The notes beneath the pieces are model-generated. The model saw only the letters and a list, made by a program, of their open reading frames with translations, was not told the DNA's origin and did not search any database. Positions 1-12,187 of a stretch of 64,000 nucleotides of DNA are shown piece by piece (position 1 is the first letter of the stretch; every line of letters begins with the position of its first letter). Both the position numbers and the translations under genes were made by a program. Source of the stretch: an uncultured Actinomycetes bacterium (GTDB lineage Bacteria > Actinomycetota > Actinomycetes > S36-B12 > UBA10799). The stretch lies in NCBI GenBank assembly GCA_946803585.1, contig CAMPEQ010000007.1, positions 30,451 through 94,450 of the forward strand, given 5' to 3'.

Positions 1-1
1 C

Positions 2-349
2 ACCCTCGTCGTGGCTGACCTGAGTTTCATTTCACTGCGCACGGTTCTGCCCGCATTACGCAGGTCCTCGGCGCCCACGGCCGATCTCCTTTTGATGGTG
101 AAACCGCAGTTTGAAGTAGGCCGGGCAGCTGTTGGAAAGAGTGGGGTAGTGCGCGACCCGGAACTGCGAGCCGATGCTGTGCGTTCCGTTGCAGAATCAG
201 CGCTAGCTCTTGGGTTGGGGTGTGCAGGAATTGCTGCTAGCCCACTTCCTGGTCCGAGCGGAAACGTCGAGTTTTTCCTTTGGCTACACGTAGATGCGCC
301 TCCAATGGTGGAAGATGACCTGACGGTGGCGATTTCTACCGATACGTAG
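2..349 (+). CDS. tlyA: TlyA-family rRNA 2'-O-methyltransferase, C-terminal part (5' end outside window)
   Basis: The frame is open from the window edge. The tail ...LMVKPQFEVGRAAVGKSGVVRD...GPSGNVEFFLWL resembles the FtsJ-like C-terminal half of TlyA. It is followed by nadK-recN, as in other actinobacteria. Confidence 0.8.
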   Translation, partial: TLVVADLSFISLRTVLPALRRSSAPTADLLLMVKPQFEVGRAAVGKSGVVRDPELRADAVRSVAESALALGLGCAGIAASPLPGPSGNVEFFLWLHVDAPPMVEDDLTVAISTDT

Positions 350-401
350 TAATGGCAATGTGCTGATAGTTACGGCCTGAGTAGCAGGGGAGGTGTGAGC
401 A

Positions 402-1391
402 ATGGCAGCGAGTGACGACAATGTCGGCCAACGTCGCATTCTCATCGTTCCCCATAGCGGACGTGCTGATGCGAACGCAGTCACAGCCACGGCCGTCGAT
501 GGGCTGCGCGCGGCCGGTATCGACGTCTGCCTCCTGGCCGAGGATGCTCAGAAGCTTGGCCGCACAGATGTCACAGTCGTTCAGACCCGAGATGCCGCGC
601 TTGGTTGCGAACTCGTGATGGTCTTCGGTGGGGACGGGACGATCCTGCGGGCTGCCTATCTGGCTAGTGCCTACGATGTTCCACTTCTCGGTGTAAATCT
701 AGGCCACATGGGCTTTCTTGCTGAGTCCGAACCAGATGGGCTCAGCGATGTTCTCGCAGCAGCGATTGACCGTGATTACCAAGTCGAATCACGAATGGCG
801 CTTGAGCTGAGTGTGTTGACGCCTCAGGGAGATCGGAGCCTGGGCTGGGCGCTCAACGATGTCACATTAGAGAAGACCGAACGCGGCAGAATGGTGGAGT
901 TGGTACTGGCGATCGACAACGAGCCGTTGTCTTCCTGGGCTGCGGACGGAGTGGTCTGTGCGACTCCGACGGGCTCCACGGCGTATGCCTGGTCAGCTGG
1001 CGGCCCCGTCGTGTGGCCGGAGGTTGAGGCCCTCGTTGTTGTGCCCATTAGCGCTCACGCCTTGTTCAGCCGCCCGCTCGTGGTTAGTCCAAAGAGCGAG
1101 ATTGATATCGAGGTATTGGCTCAGTCCTCGCCAGCCTTGGCGTGGTGCGATGGGTCGCGCCAGATAGAGGTGCCACCGGGGTCTCGATTGGAAGTCAGAC
1201 GAAGTAAGGCTTCTGTGAAACTAGCGCGTCTTCACGACAGCAGGTTCGCTCGTCGACTCGTCGCCAAGTTCAACTTGCCAGTGGAAGGCTGGCGCGGCCG
1301 TGACGACTTTCGCGCTGGTTCGGTGATTGACGAGCCCGCCGACGCCGAGCCTGCCGGTCTCGGTCGAGACGCAGAGGATTCCGCACAATGA
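402..1391 (+). CDS. nadK: NAD kinase
   Basis: 329 aa with the VFGGDGTILRAA motif and the ATPTGSTAYAWSAGGP motif. ATGA overlap with the next gene. Confidence 0.9.
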   Translation: MAASDDNVGQRRILIVPHSGRADANAVTATAVDGLRAAGIDVCLLAEDAQKLGRTDVTVVQTRDAALGCELVMVFGGDGTILRAAYLASAYDVPLLGVNLGHMGFLAESEPDGLSDVLAAAIDRDYQVESRMALELSVLTPQGDRSLGWALNDVTLEKTERGRMVELVLAIDNEPLSSWAADGVVCATPTGSTAYAWSAGGPVVWPEVEALVVVPISAHALFSRPLVVSPKSEIDIEVLAQSSPALAWCDGSRQIEVPPGSRLEVRRSKASVKLARLHDSRFARRLVAKFNLPVEGWRGRDDFRAGSVIDEPADAEPAGLGRDAEDSAQ

Positions 1392-3148
1392 TCGAGTTCT
1401 TGCGACTTCGTCACTTAGGCATCATTGATGATGCGCAGATTGAACTACGCCAGGGACTAACCGTAATCACAGGTGAGACCGGCGCCGGAAAGACGATGGT
1501 CCTGTCTGCACTGAGCCTGCTTCTCGGTGGCAAGACGGTATCCGGGCTTGCTGCAGCGAAGGACACTGCGGTTCAGGGCGGGTGGCGGATCTCCGCTGAG
1601 AGTGAGCTGCTCGAGACGATGACTGAAGCCGGCATCCTGGTTGAGGATGGCGAACTGTTGGTAAATCGAACGATGCCTCACGAGGGTAGAAGTCGCTGTT
1701 CGGTAAACGGTACGGCGATCACAGCCAGCACGATGGCGGAGTGGTCACACGATCTAGTTGCGGTTCATGGTCAGGCTGAGCAGGGAATGCTGCGCCGGCC
1801 CGCTCGGCAGCGTGCCGTACTGGACCGGTTCGCGGCCGACACCATCAGCGCGGTCAAGGCCAAGTATGAGGACCTATTCGAGGTTGTTCGTCAGGTCGAT
1901 GCCGAGTACTCACAGGCGACGAACAATTACGATCAACAAAGGGCTGAGCTGGCGGTGCTGACAGAACAACTTGAGTTGATTGAGAAGGCCGCCCCTATTT
2001 CCGGTGAAGACGACCAGCTCGCCGAGGCTGCGGCACGGCTAGGAAATCTCTCGGAACTTCAAGCCGGGGCAAGCGCGGCCCTGAGTTCTATTAGCGGCGA
2101 TGACACAGGGGCTAGCGCGAGCGGCGGAGCAGTCGAGGAGGTACATCAGGCCCGACAGTCAATCGAGTCTCTGGCGGGGCTCGATCCTGAACTCGAGGCG
2201 ATCGCTAGTCAGATTCGGGAAGCCTCCGTCCTACTGAATGAGGTGGGCGTCGATCTCTCGCGGTACCTCGCTGACCTCGATGCCCAACCGGGAGAACTCG
2301 AGAGCATCCAAAGTCGGCGAGCGCAGTTGGCATCGCTGACTCGCCAGTTTGGTCCGAGCGTCGACGACGTCTTGGCATGGTCGCAGCGGGCTGCGATCAG
2401 AGTTGACGAGTTGACTCGCTCTAGCGACCTGACCGCGTTGGCATCGCGCCGCGAGGAACTCAGAGCGCAGCTAGGGGAGCTTGCCGCGGAGCTGTCTTCC
2501 CGCAGAGCCGATGCCGCGACCCGTTTTTGTCAGATGGTGACGACGGAGCTCCAGGGTCTTGCGATGCCACATGCGGTCCTACAGATCGAGATCCGGCATC
2601 GAGCGCCGAGTACATCCGACGACGGTCTGTCGGTACCGGGAATCGAGGGCACGGTGGCCTTTGGCATCTCGGGAATCGACGAGGTTGAGTTCATGCTTAA
2701 GGCTCACGCGAGTGCCGATCCCGCCCCGGTCTCACAAGCCGCATCCGGTGGGGAGCTATCGCGCATCATGTTGGCGCTCGAAGTCGTCTTGGCGGATAGC
2801 GCGAGCGCGCCGACGTTTGTCTTCGACGAGGTTGACGCCGGGGTAGGCGGCAAGGCAGCCGTCGAGATCGGTCGTCGACTAGCGAGGCTGAGCCGCAGCG
2901 CACAGATCCTCGTTGTCACTCACCTGCCGCAGGTTGCCGCGTTCGCGGACAACCACCTGGTGGTGTCTAAACAGCAAGACGGCCACGTCACCTCTTCCGG
3001 GGTCGAGGATCTCGATGAGGAATCCCGAGTACGGGAGCTCGCTCGCATGTTGGCTGGCCAAGAACAGTCTGAACATGCCGCGGCACACGCGCATGAGTTG
3101 CTTGACCTCGCCGCTCATGAAAGGGCGCGACACGCGCAGTCCAAGTGA
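1388..3148 (+). CDS. recN: DNA repair protein RecN
   Basis: 586 aa. Walker A GETGAGKT, long coiled-coil middle, signature ASGGELSRIMLAL, Walker B FVFDEVDAGVGG. Confidence 0.95.
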   Translation: MIEFLRLRHLGIIDDAQIELRQGLTVITGETGAGKTMVLSALSLLLGGKTVSGLAAAKDTAVQGGWRISAESELLETMTEAGILVEDGELLVNRTMPHEGRSRCSVNGTAITASTMAEWSHDLVAVHGQAEQGMLRRPARQRAVLDRFAADTISAVKAKYEDLFEVVRQVDAEYSQATNNYDQQRAELAVLTEQLELIEKAAPISGEDDQLAEAAARLGNLSELQAGASAALSSISGDDTGASASGGAVEEVHQARQSIESLAGLDPELEAIASQIREASVLLNEVGVDLSRYLADLDAQPGELESIQSRRAQLASLTRQFGPSVDDVLAWSQRAAIRVDELTRSSDLTALASRREELRAQLGELAAELSSRRADAATRFCQMVTTELQGLAMPHAVLQIEIRHRAPSTSDDGLSVPGIEGTVAFGISGIDEVEFMLKAHASADPAPVSQAASGGELSRIMLALEVVLADSASAPTFVFDEVDAGVGGKAAVEIGRRLARLSRSAQILVVTHLPQVAAFADNHLVVSKQQDGHVTSSGVEDLDEESRVRELARMLAGQEQSEHAAAHAHELLDLAAHERARHAQSK

Positions 3149-5557
<2,409 letters not shown>

Positions 5558-5577
<20 letters not shown>

Positions 5578-6577
5578 CCAGACCTCAGCTGGCAGCACCT
5601 CTGCCGAAGCTGAGTCGACCGAACCGACACTACTCACGGCCCAGATCGACTCGTACTTAAGCCACATTGCGGTGGAACGGGGTCTATCGGCAAATACCGT
5701 GGGCGCGTACCGGCGTGATCTACAGCGCTACGAGGCTTTTTGTCGCCGGGTCGGCGTTACCGATGCAGTCGAGATCGATCGACCTCTTGTTGCAGACTTC
5801 GCAACGTCGTTGGTACGCCCAAACTCCGACTCCCGAACCGCTGGACAGAATGGGCCGACAGTCCTCGCAGCAACCTCGGCTAGCCGGATCGTTAGTGCCG
5901 TCCGGGGTTTTCACCACTTCATGCTCGTCGAGAACGTCACGTCGGGAGATCCAGCGCACGAGGTCAAACCGCACGTCCCGGTCAGGCGATTACCAAAGGC
6001 ACTCAGCGTTGACGAGGTGTTAGCCATGTTGGCGGTGCCTTCGGCGGAGACAGCGGTTGGCCGCCGAGATCGGGCACTGCTGGAGTTCCTCTACGCCACC
6101 GGCGCCAGAATCAGCGAGGCTCTCGCTCTCGACGTCGACGATCTTGATCGTCAGGTTGGGATGGTCGTGGTTCGGGGTAAAGGAGGTAAACAGCGCTTGG
6201 TTCCCGTGGGTAAGTACGCACTGGCGGCAATCGAGGCATACCTCGTCCAGTCTCGACCGGAACTACTTGCTGCCGCAAAGAGCGGATCTGCTACCCCGGC
6301 ACTGTTCTTGAATCAGCGTGGTCGTCGGCTCTCGCGGCAGAGCGCGTGGCTGATCATCAAGTCGACTGCTGAGGTGGCCGACATATCTGCTGCCGTCTCG
6401 CCACACGCACTCCGGCACTCGTTTGCGACTCACCTGCTCGACGGCGGGGCGGACGTTCGCGTCGTGCAGGAACTTCTCGGCCACGCATCGGTTGCGACCA
6501 CGCAGATCTACACGATGGTGACGGTTGATCGCCTCCGAGAGGTATATGTCACCGCTCACCCGCGTGCCCTGTCCTGA
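5558..6577 (+). CDS. xerD: Tyrosine recombinase XerD
   Basis: N-terminal SAM-like domain and a catalytic domain with ATGARISEAL, HALRHSFATHLL and LLGHASVATTQIYT. I placed the start at ATG 5558; the ORF-track start 5501 would overlap the Nudix gene by 77 nt. Confidence 0.9.
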
Positions 6578-6607
6578 ATAGTGGCGATCTCCGCTTAACG
6601 TAGCTTC

Positions 6608-7525
6608 GTGAGCACGGAAGCCGACGTTATCGATCTAACCGATACTGATCTAGCGGATACGGCTGCCCTCGAAGCCCCTATTGATGCAGAAGCGATTACT
6701 GCCGAGCCGAGTGGTGGATTCGAAGTCCATCTCGAAGAGTTCGCAGGTCCCTTCGATGTGTTGCTCGGCCTCATCGCCAAGCACAAGCTTGAGGTCACCG
6801 AGCTCGCCCTGAGTCAGGTAACCGACGATTTCTGCGCCTACATTCGCGAGCAGGATGCTAACTGGGACTTGGCCGAGGCAACATCGTTCCTCGTTGTCGC
6901 TGCGACCCTGCTCGACCTCAAGGCAGCCAGACTGCTGCCTAGCGGAGAGGTCGACGACGAGGAAGACCTCGCATTGCTGGAAGCGCGGGATCTGCTGTTC
7001 GCTCGACTCCTGCAGTACCGGGCGTTCAAGGAGATGGCCGCAGTGTTTGGCCGACGAATTAGCGAGAACACCGGTCGTGTTCCGCGAACGATCGGGCTCG
7101 ATCCACAGTTTGCCAACTTGCTACCAGAGGTCGTCATCTCGATCAGTCCTGATCGGCTCGCTGAGCTGGCTTCGGCGGCGCTGGCCCCACCGGCTGATCC
7201 CACCGTCTCAATCGATCACATCCACGCGCCCGCGATCAGCGTCGCAGAGCAGACTGTTCTGGTGGCAGCTCGATTGGAGCGCGACGGTACCGTCACATTC
7301 CGCGGGCTCGTCAGCGATGTATCAGAAGTCGCCGTCATCGTCGCTCGATTCCTCAGTCTGTTGGAACTGTTCCGGCAAGGCCGAATCGCCCTCGATCAAG
7401 CTGGCGCACTCGGGGACCTACACATCCGCTGGACGGGGCAGCCCGAGGACTCGACCGTCAGCGACACAGCAAGCGAATTCGATGAAGACGACCGGTCAAC
7501 CGAGGAGACCCCCGCTGATGTCTGA
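6608..7525 (+). CDS. scpA: Segregation and condensation protein A (kleisin)
   Basis: 305 aa with FEVHLEEFAGPFDVLLGLIAKHKLEVTELALSQVTDDF, typical of ScpA. Adjacent to scpB. Confidence 0.9.
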   Translation: MSTEADVIDLTDTDLADTAALEAPIDAEAITAEPSGGFEVHLEEFAGPFDVLLGLIAKHKLEVTELALSQVTDDFCAYIREQDANWDLAEATSFLVVAATLLDLKAARLLPSGEVDDEEDLALLEARDLLFARLLQYRAFKEMAAVFGRRISENTGRVPRTIGLDPQFANLLPEVVISISPDRLAELASAALAPPADPTVSIDHIHAPAISVAEQTVLVAARLERDGTVTFRGLVSDVSEVAVIVARFLSLLELFRQGRIALDQAGALGDLHIRWTGQPEDSTVSDTASEFDEDDRSTEETPADV

Positions 7526-8351
7526 GCAATCCGTGCCGTTTGAATCAGCAGCGGCCCCAGAGGTAACGACAGATCCAGAAGGATCACCTGAGGTAGTTCT
7601 CGATGCCGGCGCCGCCAACGCCGATACCGCCACCCCCGACGCCGACGCCGACGCGAGTGTGCTGGTCGTGGATGTAGCTGAAGCCTCCGAAGTTGTCGAC
7701 GTGACTGAAGGTCGGCCGCAGACACCCGACTCTTTGGGCGAGCCCGACGACGAGACAGACGTCGGTGAGGTGGCAGCCGACGCCGACAACGACGCGCTCC
7801 CTCGACCACCGCTGGCGATGGCGTTGGAAGCACTACTCATGGTGACCGAGGAACCGATCTCCACACTTGAACTTGCCACGATCGTCGAAGAGCCCCCTGA
7901 CGATGTCGAGGACGTCCTGCAGGAGTTGGCCGCGGGATACCTGGAGCAGGGTCGCGGATTTGAATTGCGCCGACTCGGCGCTGGCTGGCGCTACTACTCG
8001 GCGGCTGCGTGCGCCGACGTGGTTCGGAAGTTCGCAACTGATGGACGGACTTCGAAGCTGAGCCAGGCTGCGCTCGAGACCATGGCCGTTGTTGCCTACA
8101 AGCAGCCCGTCAGTAGGGCACGTATCGGAGCGATCCGTGGGGTGAATGTCGATGGTGTGATGCGCACATTGTTGACTCGAGGTCTGGTGGCCGAGGCCGA
8201 GGTCGATGCGCAATCTGGTGCGGTGCTCTACGGGACCACTGAGTTCTTCTTAGAGCGGATGGGGTTGACCTCCCTCGAGGATCTGCCACCGATCGCTGAC
8301 CACCTACCCGACATGTCTGTCCTTGATGAATTCATCGAACCCCTCGCCTAG
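7518..8351 (+). CDS. scpB: Segregation and condensation protein B with acidic N-terminal extension
   Basis: The C-terminal ~180 aa carry ScpB winged-helix repeats (ALEALLMVTEEPIS, LSQAALETMAVVAYKQPVSRARIGAIRGVNVDGVMRTLLTRGLV). ATG 7518 overlaps the scpA stop by 8 nt. The 6855 start in the ORF track is an out-of-frame run through scpA. Confidence 0.9.
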   Translation: MSEQSVPFESAAAPEVTTDPEGSPEVVLDAGAANADTATPDADADASVLVVDVAEASEVVDVTEGRPQTPDSLGEPDDETDVGEVAADADNDALPRPPLAMALEALLMVTEEPISTLELATIVEEPPDDVEDVLQELAAGYLEQGRGFELRRLGAGWRYYSAAACADVVRKFATDGRTSKLSQAALETMAVVAYKQPVSRARIGAIRGVNVDGVMRTLLTRGLVAEAEVDAQSGAVLYGTTEFFLERMGLTSLEDLPPIADHLPDMSVLDEFIEPLA

Positions 8352-9108
8352 CGAGGAGCCAACCGGAATTCGGTTGCAGAAGGTTCTCGCCACGGCAGGT
8401 TTTGGAAGTCGCCGCAAGTGTGAGGAGCTCATCGAGAATGGTCGGGTCAGCGTTGCAGGGGTAACAGTCGACACTCAGGGCAAGCGGGTGGATCCAATGA
8501 CGGATGTCATCCGGGTCGATGGGAAGCGGATCGCCGCGCCGACGGGCACCGTCGTGATCGCAATGAATAAGCCGCGGGGAGTCCTCACCGCGATGTCCGA
8601 TGATCGTGACCGCCGCTGCGTGGGCGATTTGCTGCGCGAATCCGCTGTGGCGAGTTTGGGAACTGGCCTCTTTCACGTTGGCCGCCTCGATTCTGATACT
8701 GACGGTCTGTTGCTACTCACCAACGATGGTGACCTTGGACATCTGCTGACTCACCCCTCGTTTGGGGTACACAAGACTTACGTCGCCACCGTATCCGGCG
8801 AGATGCGCACGGCTGATGTCACGCGCATCGGCAAGGGCGTCTTGGTCGACGATCGAGTCGTCGATGTGACGAAGGCAAGGTTGCGGGGGAGTCGCTCGGG
8901 GGAGTCACTCATCGAGTTAACGATTCACGAGGGCCGCAAGCACATCGTCCGGCGGCTATTGGCTAACTCAGGATTTCCAGTGCTGACGCTGACGCGGACG
9001 AAGTTTGGCCCGATCGACGTCGCGGGGCTAGGGATAGGCGAGCTGCGAGTTCTTAACGACGCGGAGATCAGTTCGCTGTTCGATTCCGTCGAGACGCAGA
9101 CCCCCTGA
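8323..9108 (+). CDS. rluB: Pseudouridine synthase, RsuA/RluB family
   Basis: S4 domain (IRLQKVLATAGFGSRRKCEELI) followed by the catalytic motif HVGRLDSDTDGLLLLTNDG. Confidence 0.9.
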   Translation: MMNSSNPSPSEEPTGIRLQKVLATAGFGSRRKCEELIENGRVSVAGVTVDTQGKRVDPMTDVIRVDGKRIAAPTGTVVIAMNKPRGVLTAMSDDRDRRCVGDLLRESAVASLGTGLFHVGRLDSDTDGLLLLTNDGDLGHLLTHPSFGVHKTYVATVSGEMRTADVTRIGKGVLVDDRVVDVTKARLRGSRSGESLIELTIHEGRKHIVRRLLANSGFPVLTLTRTKFGPIDVAGLGIGELRVLNDAEISSLFDSVETQTP

Positions 9109-9230
9109 CCCTGTCTGCGGGTTGAACAACGCGCAAATACCCAGATCTCCTGACCCGCAGATGAGTACTCGTGACACTATTGGCCATTGTCGGCGCGAGC
9201 GATGCGCTGACGGGTGAGGAGGAGAGAACT

Positions 9231-9596
9231 GTGCCGATGCGGGCGATCAGGGGAGCAACCTGCCTTACTGCGGATGAGCAATCCGAGATGACGGAGTCAG
9301 TCGCCGAGATGCTTAGCGAGATTCTCGTACGCAACGGCCTGGCGGAGGAAGACATCGTCAGTGTGCTGTTCACCTCCACCCCAGACCTGGTGTGCGGTTT
9401 TCCCGCTTCTGCGGCTCGAACGATCGGCTTTCGCGATATCCCACTGATCTGCGCACAAGAGATCGACGTTCCCGGAGCGCTACCTCGGGTAGTTCGAGCA
9501 ATGGTCCACGCCGAGACAGATCGACCGCGCGCTGAGATCCAACACGTATTCCTGCGCGGCGCTCAAGTTCTGCGGGAAGATCTTAATCGTGAATGA
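9231..9596 (+). CDS. aroH: Chorismate mutase, AroH class
   Basis: MRAIRGATCLT...VSVLFTSTPDL...RVVRAMVH...HVFLRGA is collinear with B. subtilis-type AroH. GAGGAGGAG lies 6 nt before GTG 9231. ATG 9237 is an alternative start. Confidence 0.85.
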   Translation: MPMRAIRGATCLTADEQSEMTESVAEMLSEILVRNGLAEEDIVSVLFTSTPDLVCGFPASAARTIGFRDIPLICAQEIDVPGALPRVVRAMVHAETDRPRAEIQHVFLRGAQVLREDLNRE

Positions 9597-10710
9597 GCCC
9601 GCGGTGAGCGATCGCGAAGACCGTCAGGTCCTCGTTGTTGGGACGGGCCTGATTGGAACATCCATTGGTCTAGCGCTGAGTGCTGCCGGCTCTCAGGTCT
9701 GGCTTTCCGACCGCGATCCAAAGGCCTGCAAGGTAGCCAGCGAACGCGGTGCCGGTGACCCGCTTGCTGGCGACGCAAAACCGTCGCTGGTTGTTATTGC
9801 GGTGCCACCGCGGTCAGTCCCAGTTGTTGCCGCCGAGTACCTCACACTCTTTCCCGAGGCCACTGTCACCGATGCAGCGAGCGTCAAGACCATGCCCCTG
9901 ACACGGCTCGCAGAGATCGCGCCGAATCAACTCGATCGGTTCGTCGGTGGGCACCCGATGGCTGGGCGTGAGGTCGCTGGCCCACAGGCAGGTCGCTCTG
10001 ATCTATTCGAGGACAGGCTGTGGGTGATCACCCCAAGCGAGTCCAATGAGCCCGCAACGGTGGACGACGTTCGGTGGCTAGCGCGCACATGCGGGTCCCT
10101 CGTTGTCGAGCTGACTCCAGTCGAACATGATCGCGCGGTCGCACTGACATCACACGTTCCCCAGTTGCTGGCCTCCGTACTGGCAGCCCAACTTACTGAC
10201 GCCGATTCAGGTGATGTCGCGGTATCGGGACAAGGATTGCGCGACGTCACGCGTCTGGCTGACTCCGTGCCGGAGTTGTGGGCAGAAATTCTGGCGAGTA
10301 ATGCCCCGGACGTCCTGGCGGTCCTGCGGCGGGTTACTGCCGAACTCCAGCAGGTCGCCGAATCGTTGGAACGAGTTGCCCAAGCCGACTACAACCGCGA
10401 ACTGCCCGCTGACTTTGCACCAGTTCGGGAGGTACTTGAACGTGGCAATCAGGGCCGAAATGCACTGCCGGATAAGCACGGCGGGGCCGCGCATGACTAC
10501 GACGTCATCCCGGTTGTGGTTGACGATAAGCCGGGGGAGTTGGCACGCCTCTTTGCTGCCGCGGGAGAGGCCGACGTCAACCTCGAGGATGTTCGTATCG
10601 AGCACACAGTTGGCCGGTTACGGGCCATCATTGAACTCGATGTCGATCCGACGGCGAGCCCACGGCTGCGCAAGTTGCTTCAAGAGTCCGGCTGGCAGAT
10701 TCGCGGTTAG
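9589..10710 (+). CDS. tyrA: Prephenate dehydrogenase
   Basis: Rossmann motif VVGTGLIGTSIGLAL, catalytic region GGHPMAG, C-terminal ACT-like domain. Overlaps the aroH end. Confidence 0.9.
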   Translation: MNEPAVSDREDRQVLVVGTGLIGTSIGLALSAAGSQVWLSDRDPKACKVASERGAGDPLAGDAKPSLVVIAVPPRSVPVVAAEYLTLFPEATVTDAASVKTMPLTRLAEIAPNQLDRFVGGHPMAGREVAGPQAGRSDLFEDRLWVITPSESNEPATVDDVRWLARTCGSLVVELTPVEHDRAVALTSHVPQLLASVLAAQLTDADSGDVAVSGQGLRDVTRLADSVPELWAEILASNAPDVLAVLRRVTAELQQVAESLERVAQADYNRELPADFAPVREVLERGNQGRNALPDKHGGAAHDYDVIPVVVDDKPGELARLFAAAGEADVNLEDVRIEHTVGRLRAIIELDVDPTASPRLRKLLQESGWQIRG

Positions 10711-10766
10711 CCAGCGCGAGTGCCTCAGACCCTCACCTGCCAACCACGACCGTTAGGCTGACCCTC

Positions 10767-11477
10767 ATGTCTGAGGAACTAAAGCGGCGCCCTGCCTTTG
10801 TTGTTGCTGTTGACGGACCCTCAGGCTCCGGTAAGTCCAGCGTGTCTCGCGGGATTGCCACTATGTTCGGTTTCCGGTACCTCGACACCGGCGCGATGTA
10901 TCGCGCGGTTGCCTGGTGGCTGCTGCGCAACGATGTTGATGTCAACGACGCTCACGCTGTGGTTAGCCGCCTACCAGAGATTGAGATCGAGAATGGTACC
11001 GACCCGCTGCGGCCATTTATCGCCGTGAACGGAACGGATGTCTCTCGGGAGATCCGCGAGCAGTTCGTCACGAGTGCGGTCAGTGCGGTCAGTGCGGTTC
11101 CCGAAGTCCGAGCTGCGATGGTCCAGGCGCAGCGGGCTGAGGTGATTGCCGCCCGCGACGACCAAGCAGGAATCGTTGTCGAAGGCCGAGACATTGGGAC
11201 AAGTGTCTTGCCCGACGCGGATCTGAAGATCTTTTTGACGGCCGACAATGCCGCACGTGCCGCCCGTCGAGCGGCCCAGGACAACGATGAGGGCCGACAT
11301 GCGGAAGTAGCTCAAACGGCCGCCGACCTCGCGGCTCGAGATGCAGCTGACTCCTCCCGAACGGCCTCACCACTCGTGCAGGCACATGACGCAATAGAGA
11401 TTGATGCCACGGCGCTAGGTTTCGATGAGGTCGTTGCGGAAGTTGAGCGTCTGGTTCGAGATGGGCTGGGCCAATGA
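10767..11477 (+). CDS. cmk: Cytidylate kinase
   Basis: P-loop AVDGPSGSGKSSVSR and YLDTGAMYRA. Confidence 0.95.
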   Translation: MSEELKRRPAFVVAVDGPSGSGKSSVSRGIATMFGFRYLDTGAMYRAVAWWLLRNDVDVNDAHAVVSRLPEIEIENGTDPLRPFIAVNGTDVSREIREQFVTSAVSAVSAVPEVRAAMVQAQRAEVIAARDDQAGIVVEGRDIGTSVLPDADLKIFLTADNAARAARRAAQDNDEGRHAEVAQTAADLAARDAADSSRTASPLVQAHDAIEIDATALGFDEVVAEVERLVRDGLGQ

Positions 11478-12187
11478 CAACGACCACAGCCTTGGCCCTG
11501 CGGGTTCCCTCGGCTAGGGGCGCGGCGAATGGCCGCAATATTGGGCGGTTGCTGTTTCGAGGCCTGTATCGGCTCGATGTTCGCGGGGCTGAGCATGTTC
11601 CGCCACACGGTCGAGTGATCGTGGCGTGTAACCACATTGGTCTGCTCGACGGTGGTCTGCTGTTTAGCGCAGCGCCTCGGCCGTTGAACATCGTGGCAAA
11701 GTCCGAACTGTTCCAACCGCCACTCGATCGCCTTCTGCATAGTTCGGGCCAGATCCCGGTTGAGTACGAGGCGCCTGATCGCGCCGCAGTTCGCTCCGCA
11801 CTGGGGGTCCTCGAACGCGGTGGTGGCCTCGGGATCTTTCCTGAGGCGCATCGAGGGATTGGCGACTTTGGTCGGGCCCGGAACGGAATCGCCTACCTGC
11901 ACAGTCGAACAAATGCGCCAATAGTGCCCGCAGCAATGTTTGGCACACGCGAAACGGGAATGGGCAAGAACGATTTGCCCAAACTGCGCTCTCAGCTGAC
12001 GGTGGTCTTTGGTGAGCCGTTCTCTGTTGCGCCATACGGCGATATCGATCGACGATCGACACTGGCCGCTATGGGGGAATCAATCCGGCAAAAGCTAGCC
12101 GACCATTTGCAATACGCACTGGACCTCACCGGTGAGCAACTTCCAACAGACGACGTCTCAATCGGGGCAAAAGGAGTAACTCCATGA
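11474..12187 (+). CDS. 1-acyl-sn-glycerol-3-phosphate acyltransferase-like
   Basis: HX4D motif NHIGLLDG and FPEAHRG motif. ATGA overlaps with both neighbours. Confidence 0.85.
   Translation: MTTTTALALRVPSARGAANGRNIGRLLFRGLYRLDVRGAEHVPPHGRVIVACNHIGLLDGGLLFSAAPRPLNIVAKSELFQPPLDRLLHSSGQIPVEYEAPDRAAVRSALGVLERGGGLGIFPEAHRGIGDFGRARNGIAYLHSRTNAPIVPAAMFGTRETGMGKNDLPKLRSQLTVVFGEPFSVAPYGDIDRRSTLAAMGESIRQKLADHLQYALDLTGEQLPTDDVSIGAKGVTP

Noticed and set aside
6855-7517. The ORF track gives a 498-aa ORF (6855-8351) that would make a much longer ScpB.
   Set aside because: The first ~220 codons run out of frame through scpA and translate to low-complexity Ser/Arg/Pro-rich sequence. ScpB homology starts only after ATG 7518, which overlaps the scpA stop in the usual way.
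11089-11902. Long antisense or alternative-frame ORFs. Examples: 11089-11691, 11312-11902, 12774-13409, 18176-18880, 19227-19859, 22856-23326, 43741-44319, 44542-45273, 50227-50793.
   Set aside because: These are typical high-GC shadow ORFs with Arg/Pro/Ser/Ala-rich translations and no motifs. Each lies entirely inside a well-supported gene on the other strand or in another frame.
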